This document shows, piece after piece, positions 9,539-19,657 of a stretch of 64,000 nucleotides of DNA (position 1 is its first letter; every line of letters starts with the position of its first letter). The position numbers and the translations under genes are program-made. A model generated the notes under the pieces. It did not search any database. It saw only the letters and a list, made by a program, of their open reading frames with translations, and was not told the DNA's origin. Source of the stretch: Candidatus Zixiibacteriota bacterium (GTDB taxonomy: Bacteria; Zixibacteria; MSB-5A5; GN15; FEB-12). The stretch is taken from assembly GCA_022571985.1 (NCBI GenBank), contig JACZWU010000003.1, forward strand, positions 120,860-184,859, written 5' to 3'.

Positions 9539-10677
9539 CCGGGTGCCCCACCCCCTCGGCTACACTCGGGACGATGCCTTTTAGGTGGGTTCTAGACTAT
9601 GCTTGAATGGCAATTGAAGAGTCATGCTGAGCGGAGTCGAAGCATGTAAATAGAAAAGATGGATTCCAGCCTGCGCTGGAAAGACAAAAAGAGACTGGAA
9701 TGACAGGTCCTACCCCTCCGGTTTGGTTGGGCGGGTGGCCCACCCCTCGGCTACGCTCGGGACGACGCCTTTTAGGTGGGTTCTAGTGGCACTCAAAAAT
9801 TGGAATTAGACACGAAACTACTACAAATTTAATATAGCCTGGTGCCCATCGCTTGTAACATCGGCGGGTGGCCCACCTTTTAGGTGGGTTCCTGTGGCAC
9901 TCAAAAGTGTTTTGTGGGCGACAGATGTCCTCACGCTGTCCTGAGCGAAGTCGAAGGGTCTGCCCCATGTGGATGAAAAGATGGATTCCAGTCTGACCCT
10001 TCGACAAGCTCAGGGTGACTCGGTGTGGTAGCCCACAGCTTGCTGTGGGATCATAACGACTTGAAGATGGATTCCAGCCTCCGCTGGAAAGACAAAAGAA
10101 AGATTTGCCCTGAGCCTGCGACAGTCCCGACCGGGGGTCGAAGGGTGACGTTTGAACGAAGATGGGTTCCAGCCTCCGCTGGAAAGACAGAAAGAAGTAT
10201 CTGTGCGCGGCAGATTCCCTCTTCTGCCGCTTGGCTCAAAAAGTCAATCTATTGGAATCCGTAAACTCTGTGGGTTTTGGGTCGCCCACGGAACGACGAA
10301 GAAACTACGACTCGATAGTTTATTCTTCGTATTACCGACTGGATTCCGGAACAAGTCCGGAATGACGGGATTGGGTCACCCACTATTAGTCATGCTGAGC
10401 GGAGTCGAAGCAAGTTTCTATAGAAGATGGATTCCAGCCTGCCCCCCTATGGGGACTAAAGCTGGAAAGACAGAAAGAAGAATGGCAATCTTGTAGGTCA
10501 GGAACCTTGTGTTCCTGACTATTGCTATCTGCGAAGTGTCAGGACTGCAAGCCCTTCGGCTTCGCTCAGGATTGTAAAGTCCTGACCTACCAAAGATGGA
10601 TTCCCGCCTACGCGGGAAAGACAATAAAGGCGAAAATAACAATTGGTCAGGGTGGCCCACTTTTCAGGTGGGTTCCT
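9539..10677. repeat. Intergenic array of multiple REP-like palindrome families with nested insertions
   Basis: AAGATGGATTCCAGCCTnCGCTGGAAAGACA-type copies at 9656, 10064, 10159, 10424, 10593; GGGTGGCCCACC-TTTTA-GGTGGGTTC x4; GTCATGCTGAGCGGAGTCGAAGCA at 9621 and 10389; GTAG REPIN 10493-10590; other hairpins. Confidence 0.9.
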
Positions 10678-10679
10678 GG

Positions 10680-12353
10680 CTACCCCTCAGGTTTGGCCGG
10701 CGCGACCATGACCGACTTTTCGCGCTCGACTGTAACCAGGCCTGGTTTAGATTTGCGCGGTTTGCGCACATATTTACGCGGGGTATACAACACCGGCACC
10801 AGTGTATCTTTACGGGCCTTACTAAAGTATGCTGCCACAGCCGCGGTTTCTTCGATCTCGCGCCTGGATGGCTCAAACGATTTATTAGGGAATTTGAGCA
10901 CCACATGCGAACCGGCGCACTGCTGGGTGTGAAACCAGAGTTCGTACGGTTTGGCAAAGTCAAAAGTTGTGCGGTCGTTATCACTTCCATCGCGCCCGAC
11001 AAATATTTTTACGCCGGATTTAAGCTCGTATTCTTTGTAGGGCAGGCGCTGGAAAGTTTCCGAAACTCCCCCCTCTTTGGGCATAATTTCAGCCAGTTCC
11101 GACTGGTATTGATTTTTGGCTCTTTCAAAATTTGACTCTAAATCGCTCTGGATGCGCAGCAGATTTTCAAGTTCCAGATTAGAGATTTCAAAGCGGCGCT
11201 TCATCTGCTCTAAGCCCTCGCGGGCTTTACGATGCTTTTGAAAATACTTTTCGGCGTTTTTAGCCGGGGTGAGGGCCGGGTCTAATTTGATAGTTAGCTT
11301 GGCGCTGGAGTCCAGATAGATATCATCGAAGGTTATTTCTTTGGTTCCTTTTTTGATATTGTTTAAGTTTATCTGAATAAGCTCAGCCATTTTTTTATAT
11401 GTTTCATAGTCTTCGGCTTTTTCTATTTCCGTTTCGATTTTTGCGATCCGTTTTGTGAGGCGCTTAATGGTGCGCTTAAGAGCGTTCGTGATAGTCTTTT
11501 CTTCGCTGGCCTGCTCGACAATAGACTGACGACGCCTAGTCAGTTCCTGCACAGCAACAGACAGAGTCTTGAATTTTTCCGACTGTGATTCCTGACTGGA
11601 CAGCTTAAAGGGATAAACTTCAATAGCGCCGGCTATTTGATAAAGATACCCTACAGATGCGCTCTCAAAAAGCTTGGTAAGTTCTCTGATATTTTTTGAC
11701 AGCTGCTCAAAATTATTTTCTGACAGACTTCGGAAATCTTCATCTTCAAGGCCGCTTCGTTTGACCAGCTCTGAGGCTATGGTTTTGTTGACACCAAATA
11801 GCTGCTTCTGCAAAAACTGTCTGACAGAATAGAACCTCTGGTTCTTTGTGGACTGTTGAAGTTTGTCAGCTGAAAGGTCAATGGGAGAGACTGCATCGGG
11901 GAGTTTTGGCTGCTGATATCTGGCGCCTGGGCTGTATTCTCTTTTTCGCAAGGTAGCCTGAATAATATCATCTTTATCAGTCAGCCAGATATTGCCGTTG
12001 GGACCGATTGATTCGAACACCAACTGCCGCTTTGTTCTGTCATTCTCTATTGTGATTTGAAAGATGCGGTCAAAGCCGAGTTGTTTGATTTCTGTTATTG
12101 TTGCCCCAACCATGTCAAATATCGGCCAGGGTTTTTCCTTTGTTTCTACTTTTACTTTCGAGGCCGGCACGCAAAAGGTACCGAACCCGGCCGGATGAAA
12201 AACAAAACCGATAGCGCCTGTTGATTTATCTTTTTTGATAAAGATATAGGCCGCGCGTTCCTTCTTGTAAAACTCTGTTGACACAATTGTTCCGCCCAGG
12301 ATTGTGTTGGCTAATTCTTTTACGAGTGACAGAATGTGAAAGGCGGTTTGCAT
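10680..12353 (-). CDS. rqcH: NFACT/Rqc2 family protein (RqcH/FbpA-like)
   Basis: Q.GFDRI, coiled coil, NAEKYFQK, C-terminal NFACT-R domain (IFVGRD..DND..T...LWFH....GSHV, YT.RKYVRKP....PGLV). Confidence 0.88.
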   Translation of the reverse strand: MQTAFHILSLVKELANTILGGTIVSTEFYKKERAAYIFIKKDKSTGAIGFVFHPAGFGTFCVPASKVKVETKEKPWPIFDMVGATITEIKQLGFDRIFQITIENDRTKRQLVFESIGPNGNIWLTDKDDIIQATLRKREYSPGARYQQPKLPDAVSPIDLSADKLQQSTKNQRFYSVRQFLQKQLFGVNKTIASELVKRSGLEDEDFRSLSENNFEQLSKNIRELTKLFESASVGYLYQIAGAIEVYPFKLSSQESQSEKFKTLSVAVQELTRRRQSIVEQASEEKTITNALKRTIKRLTKRIAKIETEIEKAEDYETYKKMAELIQINLNNIKKGTKEITFDDIYLDSSAKLTIKLDPALTPAKNAEKYFQKHRKAREGLEQMKRRFEISNLELENLLRIQSDLESNFERAKNQYQSELAEIMPKEGGVSETFQRLPYKEYELKSGVKIFVGRDGSDNDRTTFDFAKPYELWFHTQQCAGSHVVLKFPNKSFEPSRREIEETAAVAAYFSKARKDTLVPVLYTPRKYVRKPRKSKPGLVTVEREKSVMVAPAKPEG

Positions 12354-12416
12354 AATGAAAATATAATATAGAGTTTAGGCGTCAGGCAACTTAAGAGAGT
12401 CGCTTGCCGGTTGTGA

Positions 12417-13814
12417 CTACTTCTTTATATTTGGCTTGACCATATCTGCGGGTCGGACTTTCTGGTCAAACTCTTCGGCTGTCATCAGTCCCAGCGCGAC
12501 TGCTGCTTCTTTTAGGGTGGTGTCATCCGCGTGAGCTTTTTTGGCGATTTTAGCGGCGTTGTCGTAGCCGATGTGCGGGTTTAAGGCCGTTACCAGCATC
12601 AGGGAATTATCAAGATACTCTTTGATTTTGGCATGGTTGGGCTCTATTCCTTGAGCGCAGTTTTTTGCAAAACTATCGCAGGAATCAGCTAGTAACCGCA
12701 GTGACTGCAGCACGTTGTAGATTATCATTGGTTTGAATACATTGAGTTCAAAATTACCCGAGGCGCCGCCAATGTTTACAGCAACATCGTTACCCATGAC
12801 CTGGGCGCAGACCATTGTCATCGCCTCGCACTGGGTCGGGTTGACTTTGCCCGGCATAATCGACGAGCCCGGTTCGTTGGCCGGTATAATAAGTTCGGCA
12901 AAACCGCCGCGCGGACCGGAAGCCATCCAGCGGATATCGTTGACGATTTTCATAAGCGAGACCGCAATAGTTTTGAGGACGCCCGAAAATTCGACCATGG
13001 TGTCATGACTGGCTAAGGATTCAAACTTATTGGGAGCTGTCACAAACGGCTGGCCTGCCAGTTCTGAGATTTTTGCTGCGAACTTAACGGCAAACTCCGG
13101 ATGGGTATTAATACCGGTACCGACTGCCGTGCCGCCCTGAGCAAGCTGATACAATCTTTTTTTAGCATCGCTGATTCTGTCTAAGCTGTTTGAAAGCATG
13201 GTGACATAACCGGAAAACTCCTGTCCTAATGTCAGCGGGGTGGCGTCCATTAAATGCGTCCGGCCAATTTTGATAATATCTTTGAAACTTTCTGATTTCT
13301 GTTTAAGTGTGTCGCGCAAATTTGTTATAGCAGGGATTAACCGCCTGTGGATTTCTTCAATAGTAGCCACGTGCATAGCCGTCGGGAAAACATCATTGGA
13401 CGACTGCGACTTGTTGACATCATCATTGGGATGCACCGGTGTTTTTGAGCCAATCTTTCCACCGGACAGTTCGATGGCGCGGTTGGAAATTACTTCGTTA
13501 CAGTTCATATTTGTCTGGGTACCCGAGCCGGTCTGCCAGATAACCAGCGGGAAATTGTCATCGAGTTTACCTTCGATAACTTCTTCGGCCGCCTGGATTA
13601 TCATATCCCGTTTGTCAGCGGCTATCAAGCCGAGCTCGGAGTTGACCAAAGCTGCGGTTTTCTTAATCAACCCCAAGGCCCGGATAATTTCGCGCGGCAT
13701 TTGTTCACTACCGATTTTGAAATTTTCTAAAGAGCGGGCAGTCTGGGCGCCGTAATATTTATCAGAGGGGACCTTAATCTCCCCCATCGAATCTGACTCT
13801 GTACGAAATGACAT
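12417..13814 (-). CDS. fumC: Fumarate hydratase class II
   Basis: [39 protein letters not shown]. Confidence 0.97.
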   Translation of the reverse strand: MSFRTESDSMGEIKVPSDKYYGAQTARSLENFKIGSEQMPREIIRALGLIKKTAALVNSELGLIAADKRDMIIQAAEEVIEGKLDDNFPLVIWQTGSGTQTNMNCNEVISNRAIELSGGKIGSKTPVHPNDDVNKSQSSNDVFPTAMHVATIEEIHRRLIPAITNLRDTLKQKSESFKDIIKIGRTHLMDATPLTLGQEFSGYVTMLSNSLDRISDAKKRLYQLAQGGTAVGTGINTHPEFAVKFAAKISELAGQPFVTAPNKFESLASHDTMVEFSGVLKTIAVSLMKIVNDIRWMASGPRGGFAELIIPANEPGSSIMPGKVNPTQCEAMTMVCAQVMGNDVAVNIGGASGNFELNVFKPMIIYNVLQSLRLLADSCDSFAKNCAQGIEPNHAKIKEYLDNSLMLVTALNPHIGYDNAAKIAKKAHADDTTLKEAAVALGLMTAEEFDQKVRPADMVKPNIKK

Positions 13815-13957
13815 ATTGCCTCCGAAAGCTGTTATGTTGCTTCAAGTTCCGGCCCAGTATGGCCGGCATTTTCAAAAAAGGACTTGTAAAACAACAATCA
13901 GGTCTATATATTTACAGGTAATCATAAGCAATACATTTCAAAAAGGGAATCCAAATT

Positions 13958-14923
13958 ATGGACTGTAAAATAAAGAAAATTTACTTTCTGGTATTTGTGG
14001 TTGCTGTCTTTTTTACGGCAAGTCAAGTTTTGGCCGCCACAGCTTCTTTGATCGAGCTCTTTGACGGCACAACTTATGAAAATGTTAAATTCAGGGCTGA
14101 TAAATCTTACAAAGTAATCAGCTTTAAAATAGACGGTAAGAAAAAGAATATCAGCTTTACGGATATTTCAAGAATACTCGACAACAATGGAGAAGATGTT
14201 ACCGCCAGATATCTTGGCAAGTACCTGAGGACCAGCCAGACTGCACAGAGCGAAGCTGTGGAAACTGTCCAGAAAAGGGAAGACTGGCTGGGTGAAACCG
14301 ATCCTGTCAGAGAAAAATATAATAAGCCGCTCTGGAGTGTGGCCTTTCCGGTAAGTGTCAATTTCAGCATTCCCGCAGGCAGTTATTACCAGGGGTTTAA
14401 GGCCGGTGTGGGATTTACAGGTGAAATTTTGATTGCAATCAATAGAAATCTTTCGCTGCGGGGTACGGTTTCCAAATCCGGCATGCAGGACGACTTAAAT
14501 GAGATTGCTCCCGGGTTTAGAATAATTGATGACAACCTCAAGTTTAATGTCTGGAAATATTTTATTTCATTACAATTCAGCAACGGCCCTAACTGGTCGG
14601 CCAATAAAAAGATGGGACTTTACGGTTTCGGTGGAATTGGCGCAGTCTCTCATAAACTCACCGGAGCGGCAATTATACAGGACCCGTTCACAGACTCAAT
14701 GTTCATTATAATCGGCTCAGGTGAAGGCGAATCGAAACTTGCCTTTACATCCGGCTTCGGCTTTGTTGGTCTGCTCTCCCCGTCTTTTGGAATAGAATTT
14801 GGGGCCACTCTTGATATGATAATGATTGGCACCAGACAGAACACCGTTGCCTTTGACCCCTATGGAAATGTTGAGACTGCCTTACACATGGATTTTCACG
14901 TTGGCCTTATAACTTTTTTGTAG
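13958..14923 (+). CDS. Outer-membrane beta-barrel domain protein
   Basis: Signal peptide, C-terminal alternating amphipathic strands rich in Gly and aromatics. Confidence 0.65.
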   Translation: MDCKIKKIYFLVFVVAVFFTASQVLAATASLIELFDGTTYENVKFRADKSYKVISFKIDGKKKNISFTDISRILDNNGEDVTARYLGKYLRTSQTAQSEAVETVQKREDWLGETDPVREKYNKPLWSVAFPVSVNFSIPAGSYYQGFKAGVGFTGEILIAINRNLSLRGTVSKSGMQDDLNEIAPGFRIIDDNLKFNVWKYFISLQFSNGPNWSANKKMGLYGFGGIGAVSHKLTGAAIIQDPFTDSMFIIIGSGEGESKLAFTSGFGFVGLLSPSFGIEFGATLDMIMIGTRQNTVAFDPYGNVETALHMDFHVGLITFL

Positions 14924-14956
14924 CCAAATAGTTTAACTAAAACCGGGGAGTAAATT

Positions 14957-15535
14957 ATGAACTTTTGGAAAAGAACTTTACCGCTTTTTGCCGTCATGGC
15001 AATACTTATTGCCGGTGGCTGTGCCAAAAACTACCGCATCACTCACGAACTGGAAGCACCCATTGATAGAATAGCAATCGCAACAATAGGTGAGATAGTA
15101 GATATGCTTCCTGAAGATTTTGAAGAAGGCAAGAAGCCTACTACCGAGCAGATTGAGGCGTTTAAGTTTCATCTCACCAAGCAATTGCGAAACAAGGAAA
15201 TTTTTGCTTCAGTGGCCTACGATGAACCTGATGCTCAGTATGTTGTTGAGGGTTCTATTTTGCAATTCAAAAAAGGCAGCGGCCTTGTTCGTGCATTGAT
15301 TGGTTTCGGTATCGGCAGCGCAAAAGTGACTACTGAATTGAGGCTGATTAGAAGAGCTAAGAGCCCCGAAGAACAGGACGAAGTGATATTCGCCGGCAAT
15401 TTTAAACAGACAGTTTCAGATTGGACGGAATCTGGCGACAAGATTTTTGAACGGGTCGCCAAAGATTTTGCCAAAGTTCTCAAGAAGAGAATGAAAAAAT
15501 TACAAAAAGAGATGAATTCCGGAAAAGACAGCTAA
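14957..15535 (+). CDS. Lipoprotein, DUF4410-like
   Basis: Lipobox-like IAGGC; KGSGLVRALIGFGIGSAK motif typical of DUF4410. Confidence 0.7.
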   Translation: MNFWKRTLPLFAVMAILIAGGCAKNYRITHELEAPIDRIAIATIGEIVDMLPEDFEEGKKPTTEQIEAFKFHLTKQLRNKEIFASVAYDEPDAQYVVEGSILQFKKGSGLVRALIGFGIGSAKVTTELRLIRRAKSPEEQDEVIFAGNFKQTVSDWTESGDKIFERVAKDFAKVLKKRMKKLQKEMNSGKDS

Positions 15536-15581
15536 GCATAGTTCATCTGTCTGTTTTAATGAAAAAGCAACCGCCGGCTAT

Positions 15582-17156
15582 TTAAGAGTTCTCCTCTTTG
15601 GCAATCTGTGCCAGTATTTTGGAAAACTGCCCGGAGCCGTCGCCGGCATCTTTCATCTGAGGAAACAGAATAACGTCCCGGATAGTCTGCTGATTGGTCA
15701 AAATCATGACCAGCCGGTCAATGCCGAAACCGAGCCCGGCGGTAGGGGGCATGCCGTAGGCCAGGGCCGTCACAAAATCATCATCCAAAGGCTGGGCTTC
15801 TTTGTCACCGGCTTCCAGAGTTTTGCCCTGCTCCATAAACCGCTGCAGTTGGTCGATCGGGTCGTTTAGTTCGCTGAAGGCGTTACCCGTTTCCTGTCCG
15901 GCAATGAAAAGCTCAAAGCGCTCAGTCAGACGGGGGTCATCGCGATGCTTTTTAGCCAGAGGTGAGATTTCTACCGGAAAATCTGCCACAAATGTCGGCT
16001 GCACTAAAGTATGCTCTACTTTTTTTTCCCATAAGGCTTCGATTACTTTGCCGCGGTTGATTAAATCTTCGCCATCTACTCCGTGTTCTTTGGCGGTCTT
16101 TTTTGCTTCTTCAAATGACATCTCGGTAAAATCAACGCCGATGGCCTCGTTGATTGAGCCAATCATGGTGATCCACTTGAATTTTGGCTCAAAGTCCAGT
16201 TCTTTGTCGCCATATTTTATTTTGTAACTTCCATGGATTTTAAAAACTACATCCCGTAATAACTCTTCAAAAAGCGCCGCGATATCTTTGTAGTCGGCGT
16301 AGGCCCAGTACATTTCTATCATTGAAAATTCCGGGTTGTGCAGCCGGCTTAAGCCCTCGTTTCTGAAATCTTTGCAGAACTCCCAGACTTTATCGAAGCC
16401 GCCGACAATCAGGCGTTTCAGATAAAGCTCGTCGGCGATGCGAAGAAACATTTCTTTGGCCAGTTTTTCGTGATAAGTTTTAAACGGTTTAGCGGCAGCG
16501 CCTCCGTAAAGCGGCTGAAGAATCGGCGTTTCCACTTCGAGAAATCCTTTACGATTTAAAAAATCGCGAATTGTCTGAATAATTTCTGTCCGTTTTCTGA
16601 AGACTTCGCGCACTTCGGGACTGACTATCAAATCAGCATAGCGTCTGCGGTAACGGGTTTCGACATCGGTCAGACCGGCATGTTTATCAGGCAGCGGGTG
16701 CAGTGATTTACATAAAATTTCGAAGCTGGCGACTTTGATGGTTTTCTCTCCGGTGCGGGTGGTAAACATCGTCCCCCGGCAACCGACAATGTCTCCCAGA
16801 TCCAGGATATCAAATCGCTGGAAGCTCTTTTCTCCGACATCGTTAGTTTTTAAGTAAACCTGAATTTTTCCGCTTTGGTCGTGGACATCGGCAAAAATTG
16901 ATTTGCCCATTTTGCGTTTGAGCATAATCCGGCCGGCTACTGCTACCTCGGTGGCGCTTTCGGCAAGTTCGTCAAAATTTTTATGTACTTCTGCGGCGCT
17001 GTGTGTCCGCTCGTATTTATAAGGATAGACGTTTATGCCTTCTTCTTCGAATTTGAGAACTTTACTGCGGCGGATCTTTACTAACTCCGCAAGCGGTTTT
17101 TGGGTTTCGGTTTTATTGTCGCTCTGATTTTGATTTATACGTTTTTCGTCTGACAT
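15582..17156 (-). CDS. lysS: Lysine--tRNA ligase (class II)
   Basis: OB-fold AGRIM..R.MGK, FLEVETP, FRNEG...HNPEF, ERFELF, GMPPTAGLGFGIDRL. Confidence 0.98.
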   Translation of the reverse strand: MSDEKRINQNQSDNKTETQKPLAELVKIRRSKVLKFEEEGINVYPYKYERTHSAAEVHKNFDELAESATEVAVAGRIMLKRKMGKSIFADVHDQSGKIQVYLKTNDVGEKSFQRFDILDLGDIVGCRGTMFTTRTGEKTIKVASFEILCKSLHPLPDKHAGLTDVETRYRRRYADLIVSPEVREVFRKRTEIIQTIRDFLNRKGFLEVETPILQPLYGGAAAKPFKTYHEKLAKEMFLRIADELYLKRLIVGGFDKVWEFCKDFRNEGLSRLHNPEFSMIEMYWAYADYKDIAALFEELLRDVVFKIHGSYKIKYGDKELDFEPKFKWITMIGSINEAIGVDFTEMSFEEAKKTAKEHGVDGEDLINRGKVIEALWEKKVEHTLVQPTFVADFPVEISPLAKKHRDDPRLTERFELFIAGQETGNAFSELNDPIDQLQRFMEQGKTLEAGDKEAQPLDDDFVTALAYGMPPTAGLGFGIDRLVMILTNQQTIRDVILFPQMKDAGDGSGQFSKILAQIAKEENS

Positions 17157-17182
17157 CTGTTCTTTTCTTCTGGTTCAGATTG

Positions 17183-17686
17183 TTATTTTATTTTCTGCTC
17201 AAACATCTTTACTACGTTTGCCGGAACCAGGTCTGCTACATTGCCGCCATGGCGAGCGACATCTTTGACGATTGTCGAAGAAAGATAGACCCAGGACAAC
17301 GAGGGCATTAGAAAAACCGTTTCTACATTTCTAGCCAGTTTACGGTTCATCAGGGCCATCTGAAACTCGTATTCAAAATCCGAGACAGCTCTCAGTCCGC
17401 GGATAATTGCCACCGCTTTTTCACGCTGGGCCAGTTCAGCTAAGAGTCCCTCGAATCCGATTACTTTCAGTTCGCAGGCCATACTTTTATCGGCGCTGGC
17501 CTGTTTGACCATGTCTAAGCGTTCTTCGAAACTGAACATGGCTGATTTTCCGGCAGATTTTGAAACAGCAATTGTCAGACTGTCAAAGAGATGGCAGGCA
17601 CGTTCCATCAGCGAAATATGGCCGTTTGTAACCGGGTCAAATGTCCCCGGATAAATAGCCATTCTTTTGCTTTTATTTTCGCTCAA
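17183..17686 (-). CDS. coaD: Pantetheine-phosphate adenylyltransferase
   Basis: YPGTFDPVTNGH, IRGLRAVSDFEYE, SSTIVK. Confidence 0.97.
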   Translation of the reverse strand: MSENKSKRMAIYPGTFDPVTNGHISLMERACHLFDSLTIAVSKSAGKSAMFSFEERLDMVKQASADKSMACELKVIGFEGLLAELAQREKAVAIIRGLRAVSDFEYEFQMALMNRKLARNVETVFLMPSLSWVYLSSTIVKDVARHGGNVADLVPANVVKMFEQKIK

Positions 17687-17761
17687 TATATAGTCCGCAC
17701 TTTTTTGTATATCAGAAAATCTGTCGTGGCAAAATATAGAAGAGGTACGAAGCAGGCAAGT

Positions 17762-18610
17762 TTATTCGGTCGTCAATCCCAGCGCTACCAGGAAATCTAT
17801 AGCGGCTATGCCTGTTTCTGAGACTGAGTCAGACAGGCAGGAAAGCCTTATAGCAGGCTCACTTACCTTTAGTGCCAGTTTGCGCTCGAGTATTTCAATA
17901 TCTTCGTCAGCAAAGGAATGACCGCAGATATAAAGGCTTGCAAGTGCAGCATCCGGGTAATGTCTGCCAAGAGAGTTGAGCTTAAAATTCAGGAAAGTTT
18001 TCAGCTCAGCTGCTAATCTGAAAATATCCCTGTCGCTGCCGCTGGTGAGCCTTTGCCAGTCAAAATGTCCCAGGGCAACAATCCTTTTATCATAAATGAA
18101 ACAGAGCGAAGCTCTATTGACTGAAAAATCTGTCAGGCACATCAGGCCACCCGGCTGATTATCGCAGTAGCATAAAAATCCAAGACCGAGGGCCACCGCT
18201 CTCATCTTAAAACCTGATATATTGTTCTCTTTAGCCAGCAGATCAGACAGCACGGTTCTTCTGGTAAGAAGACAGATGAAGCGGTTCTTCTGGTTGGTCT
18301 CTATCGTATCATAGCAGAACTGTTCGGGATCATCCGGCAGGGAGTGTTTTAGCTCAAACTTAATTTGTTCGTCTATTTTACCGGCATCTGGGTTGGCGAT
18401 GCTGACCTCTTTGACCATCACCAGATTATCCGCTATAGAAAAATAGTTTTTAGATCCGTTTAGTGCGGTTTCCGGCCGCACTCTTTCGTCAATTAAATGC
18501 GAGGAAATCGAAATTATGCTGGCACCATTCTCGGTTATAGCCACTTCGACAGCCTTGCGCCGGCCTCCGGCAATATCCAGTCCTAATATTCTATCGCTTG
18601 GGTGGTCCAT
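17762..18610 (-). CDS. Divergent PilM/actin-like fold protein
   Basis: ILGLDI N-terminus, LTDFS..RASLCF, LYICG motif resembling PilM; weak overall similarity. Confidence 0.5.
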   Translation of the reverse strand: MDHPSDRILGLDIAGGRRKAVEVAITENGASIISISSHLIDERVRPETALNGSKNYFSIADNLVMVKEVSIANPDAGKIDEQIKFELKHSLPDDPEQFCYDTIETNQKNRFICLLTRRTVLSDLLAKENNISGFKMRAVALGLGFLCYCDNQPGGLMCLTDFSVNRASLCFIYDKRIVALGHFDWQRLTSGSDRDIFRLAAELKTFLNFKLNSLGRHYPDAALASLYICGHSFADEDIEILERKLALKVSEPAIRLSCLSDSVSETGIAAIDFLVALGLTTE

Positions 18611-18975
18611 TTGTTTATTTTTAAGTAAGGTTTCAATTTTTCAAATTTTTTGGCGCCAATACCGGAAACTTCGGTAATGTCTACTTCTTTTTCAAATCTA
18701 TGGTGCTGCCGATATTCGATTATTCTATCAGCTAAAACTTTGCCCACACCCGGTAAAAGTTCCAGCGAATCAGCCGGTGCGGTGTTGGGGTCCAGCACAA
18801 AGATACCGGCTAATTTCCGCTCCGTCTCGTCAATGTAAACCTTAAAACCCGGTGGAGCCGAGCTGGGTACAGAAAACGACTTTACAAACAGGTAGCCGGC
18901 CATTATCAGTATGCTGCCACTGAGAATCGCCAGAAATTTTAACTGCCTTGACGAAAATTCAAAAAACCGATTCAT
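18583..18975 (-). CDS. comEA: ComEA family helix-hairpin-helix DNA-binding protein
   Basis: N-terminal TM helix; PNTA..DSLELLPGVGKVLADRIIEYR...EVSGIGAKKFEKLK. Confidence 0.88.
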   Translation of the reverse strand: MNRFFEFSSRQLKFLAILSGSILIMAGYLFVKSFSVPSSAPPGFKVYIDETERKLAGIFVLDPNTAPADSLELLPGVGKVLADRIIEYRQHHRFEKEVDITEVSGIGAKKFEKLKPYLKINKWTTQAIEY

Positions 18976-19030
18976 AATTTTAATATAAGATTTACTTACA
19001 GAAAGTAAGACGAAAAATTAAAAATGGCAA

Positions 19031-19594
19031 CTATTCTGAGCTGTTCTGGTTGTCCCGAATTGTTCCTGAGACCCGATTAAGAATTTTGATGCGGGTCAGA
19101 CCCGGGTCCGTTTCCATGCCCCAGCCGGTGATGACATCACCGTCTTTGGTAATCCTGACGAAAGCGTCAGTTTCGATTTTATCAGTATTAAAATTCCAGA
19201 AGAGGTAATCAGTTTCGAGTTTGGAGCTGTCGTCGGTTGTGACTACCACATTGCCGTAAACATAAAGAAGCTTGCTTCTTTCCCGTATAATCCCGGAATC
19301 ACCAACCAATTCTGTTTTAAGCTGACCGAGAGAATCAAAAAAATCAATTTCCAGCTGATAGGCCATAGTCGAATCTTGAGCTTCGAATTTCAAAAGTCTC
19401 TCAGCTATAATTTCTGTTGTTACTACCTCTCTTTCATAGAGATAAATGGTGGCTCCCCGTAATTCTGAGTCAGGGATTAGAGTCTGATTTGCAGTAGAGT
19501 CGGAGTCCAAAGAGACTTTTTCTTCTCTGGAACAACCGGAAATAACAACTGCCATGAGAGATAAGAGAGCTAATATGTAGAAACTTTTTTTCAT
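19031..19594 (-). CDS. lptC: LPS export periplasmic protein LptC
   Basis: Lipobox ISGC; GNVVV....SKLETDYLFWN...KIETDAFVRI.....ITGWGM; next to kds genes. Confidence 0.85.
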   Translation of the reverse strand: MKKSFYILALLSLMAVVISGCSREEKVSLDSDSTANQTLIPDSELRGATIYLYEREVVTTEIIAERLLKFEAQDSTMAYQLEIDFFDSLGQLKTELVGDSGIIRERSKLLYVYGNVVVTTDDSSKLETDYLFWNFNTDKIETDAFVRITKDGDVITGWGMETDPGLTRIKILNRVSGTIRDNQNSSE

Positions 19595-19657
19595 TCTATC
19601 TTTCTAAGTTAAAGTCAGGGCGCCAAATGTCGTCAATTTGCCAAAAATGTCAAGTCC

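Noticed and set aside
9656-10623. CRISPR-like array of AAGATGGATTCCAGCC... repeats
   Set aside because: Irregular spacing and intervals filled with other repeat families; fits REP clustering.
9783-11135. Short ORFs across the repeat region and antisense to rqcH
   Set aside because: They are translations of palindromic repeats or shadows of the minus-strand gene, with no RBS or protein motifs.
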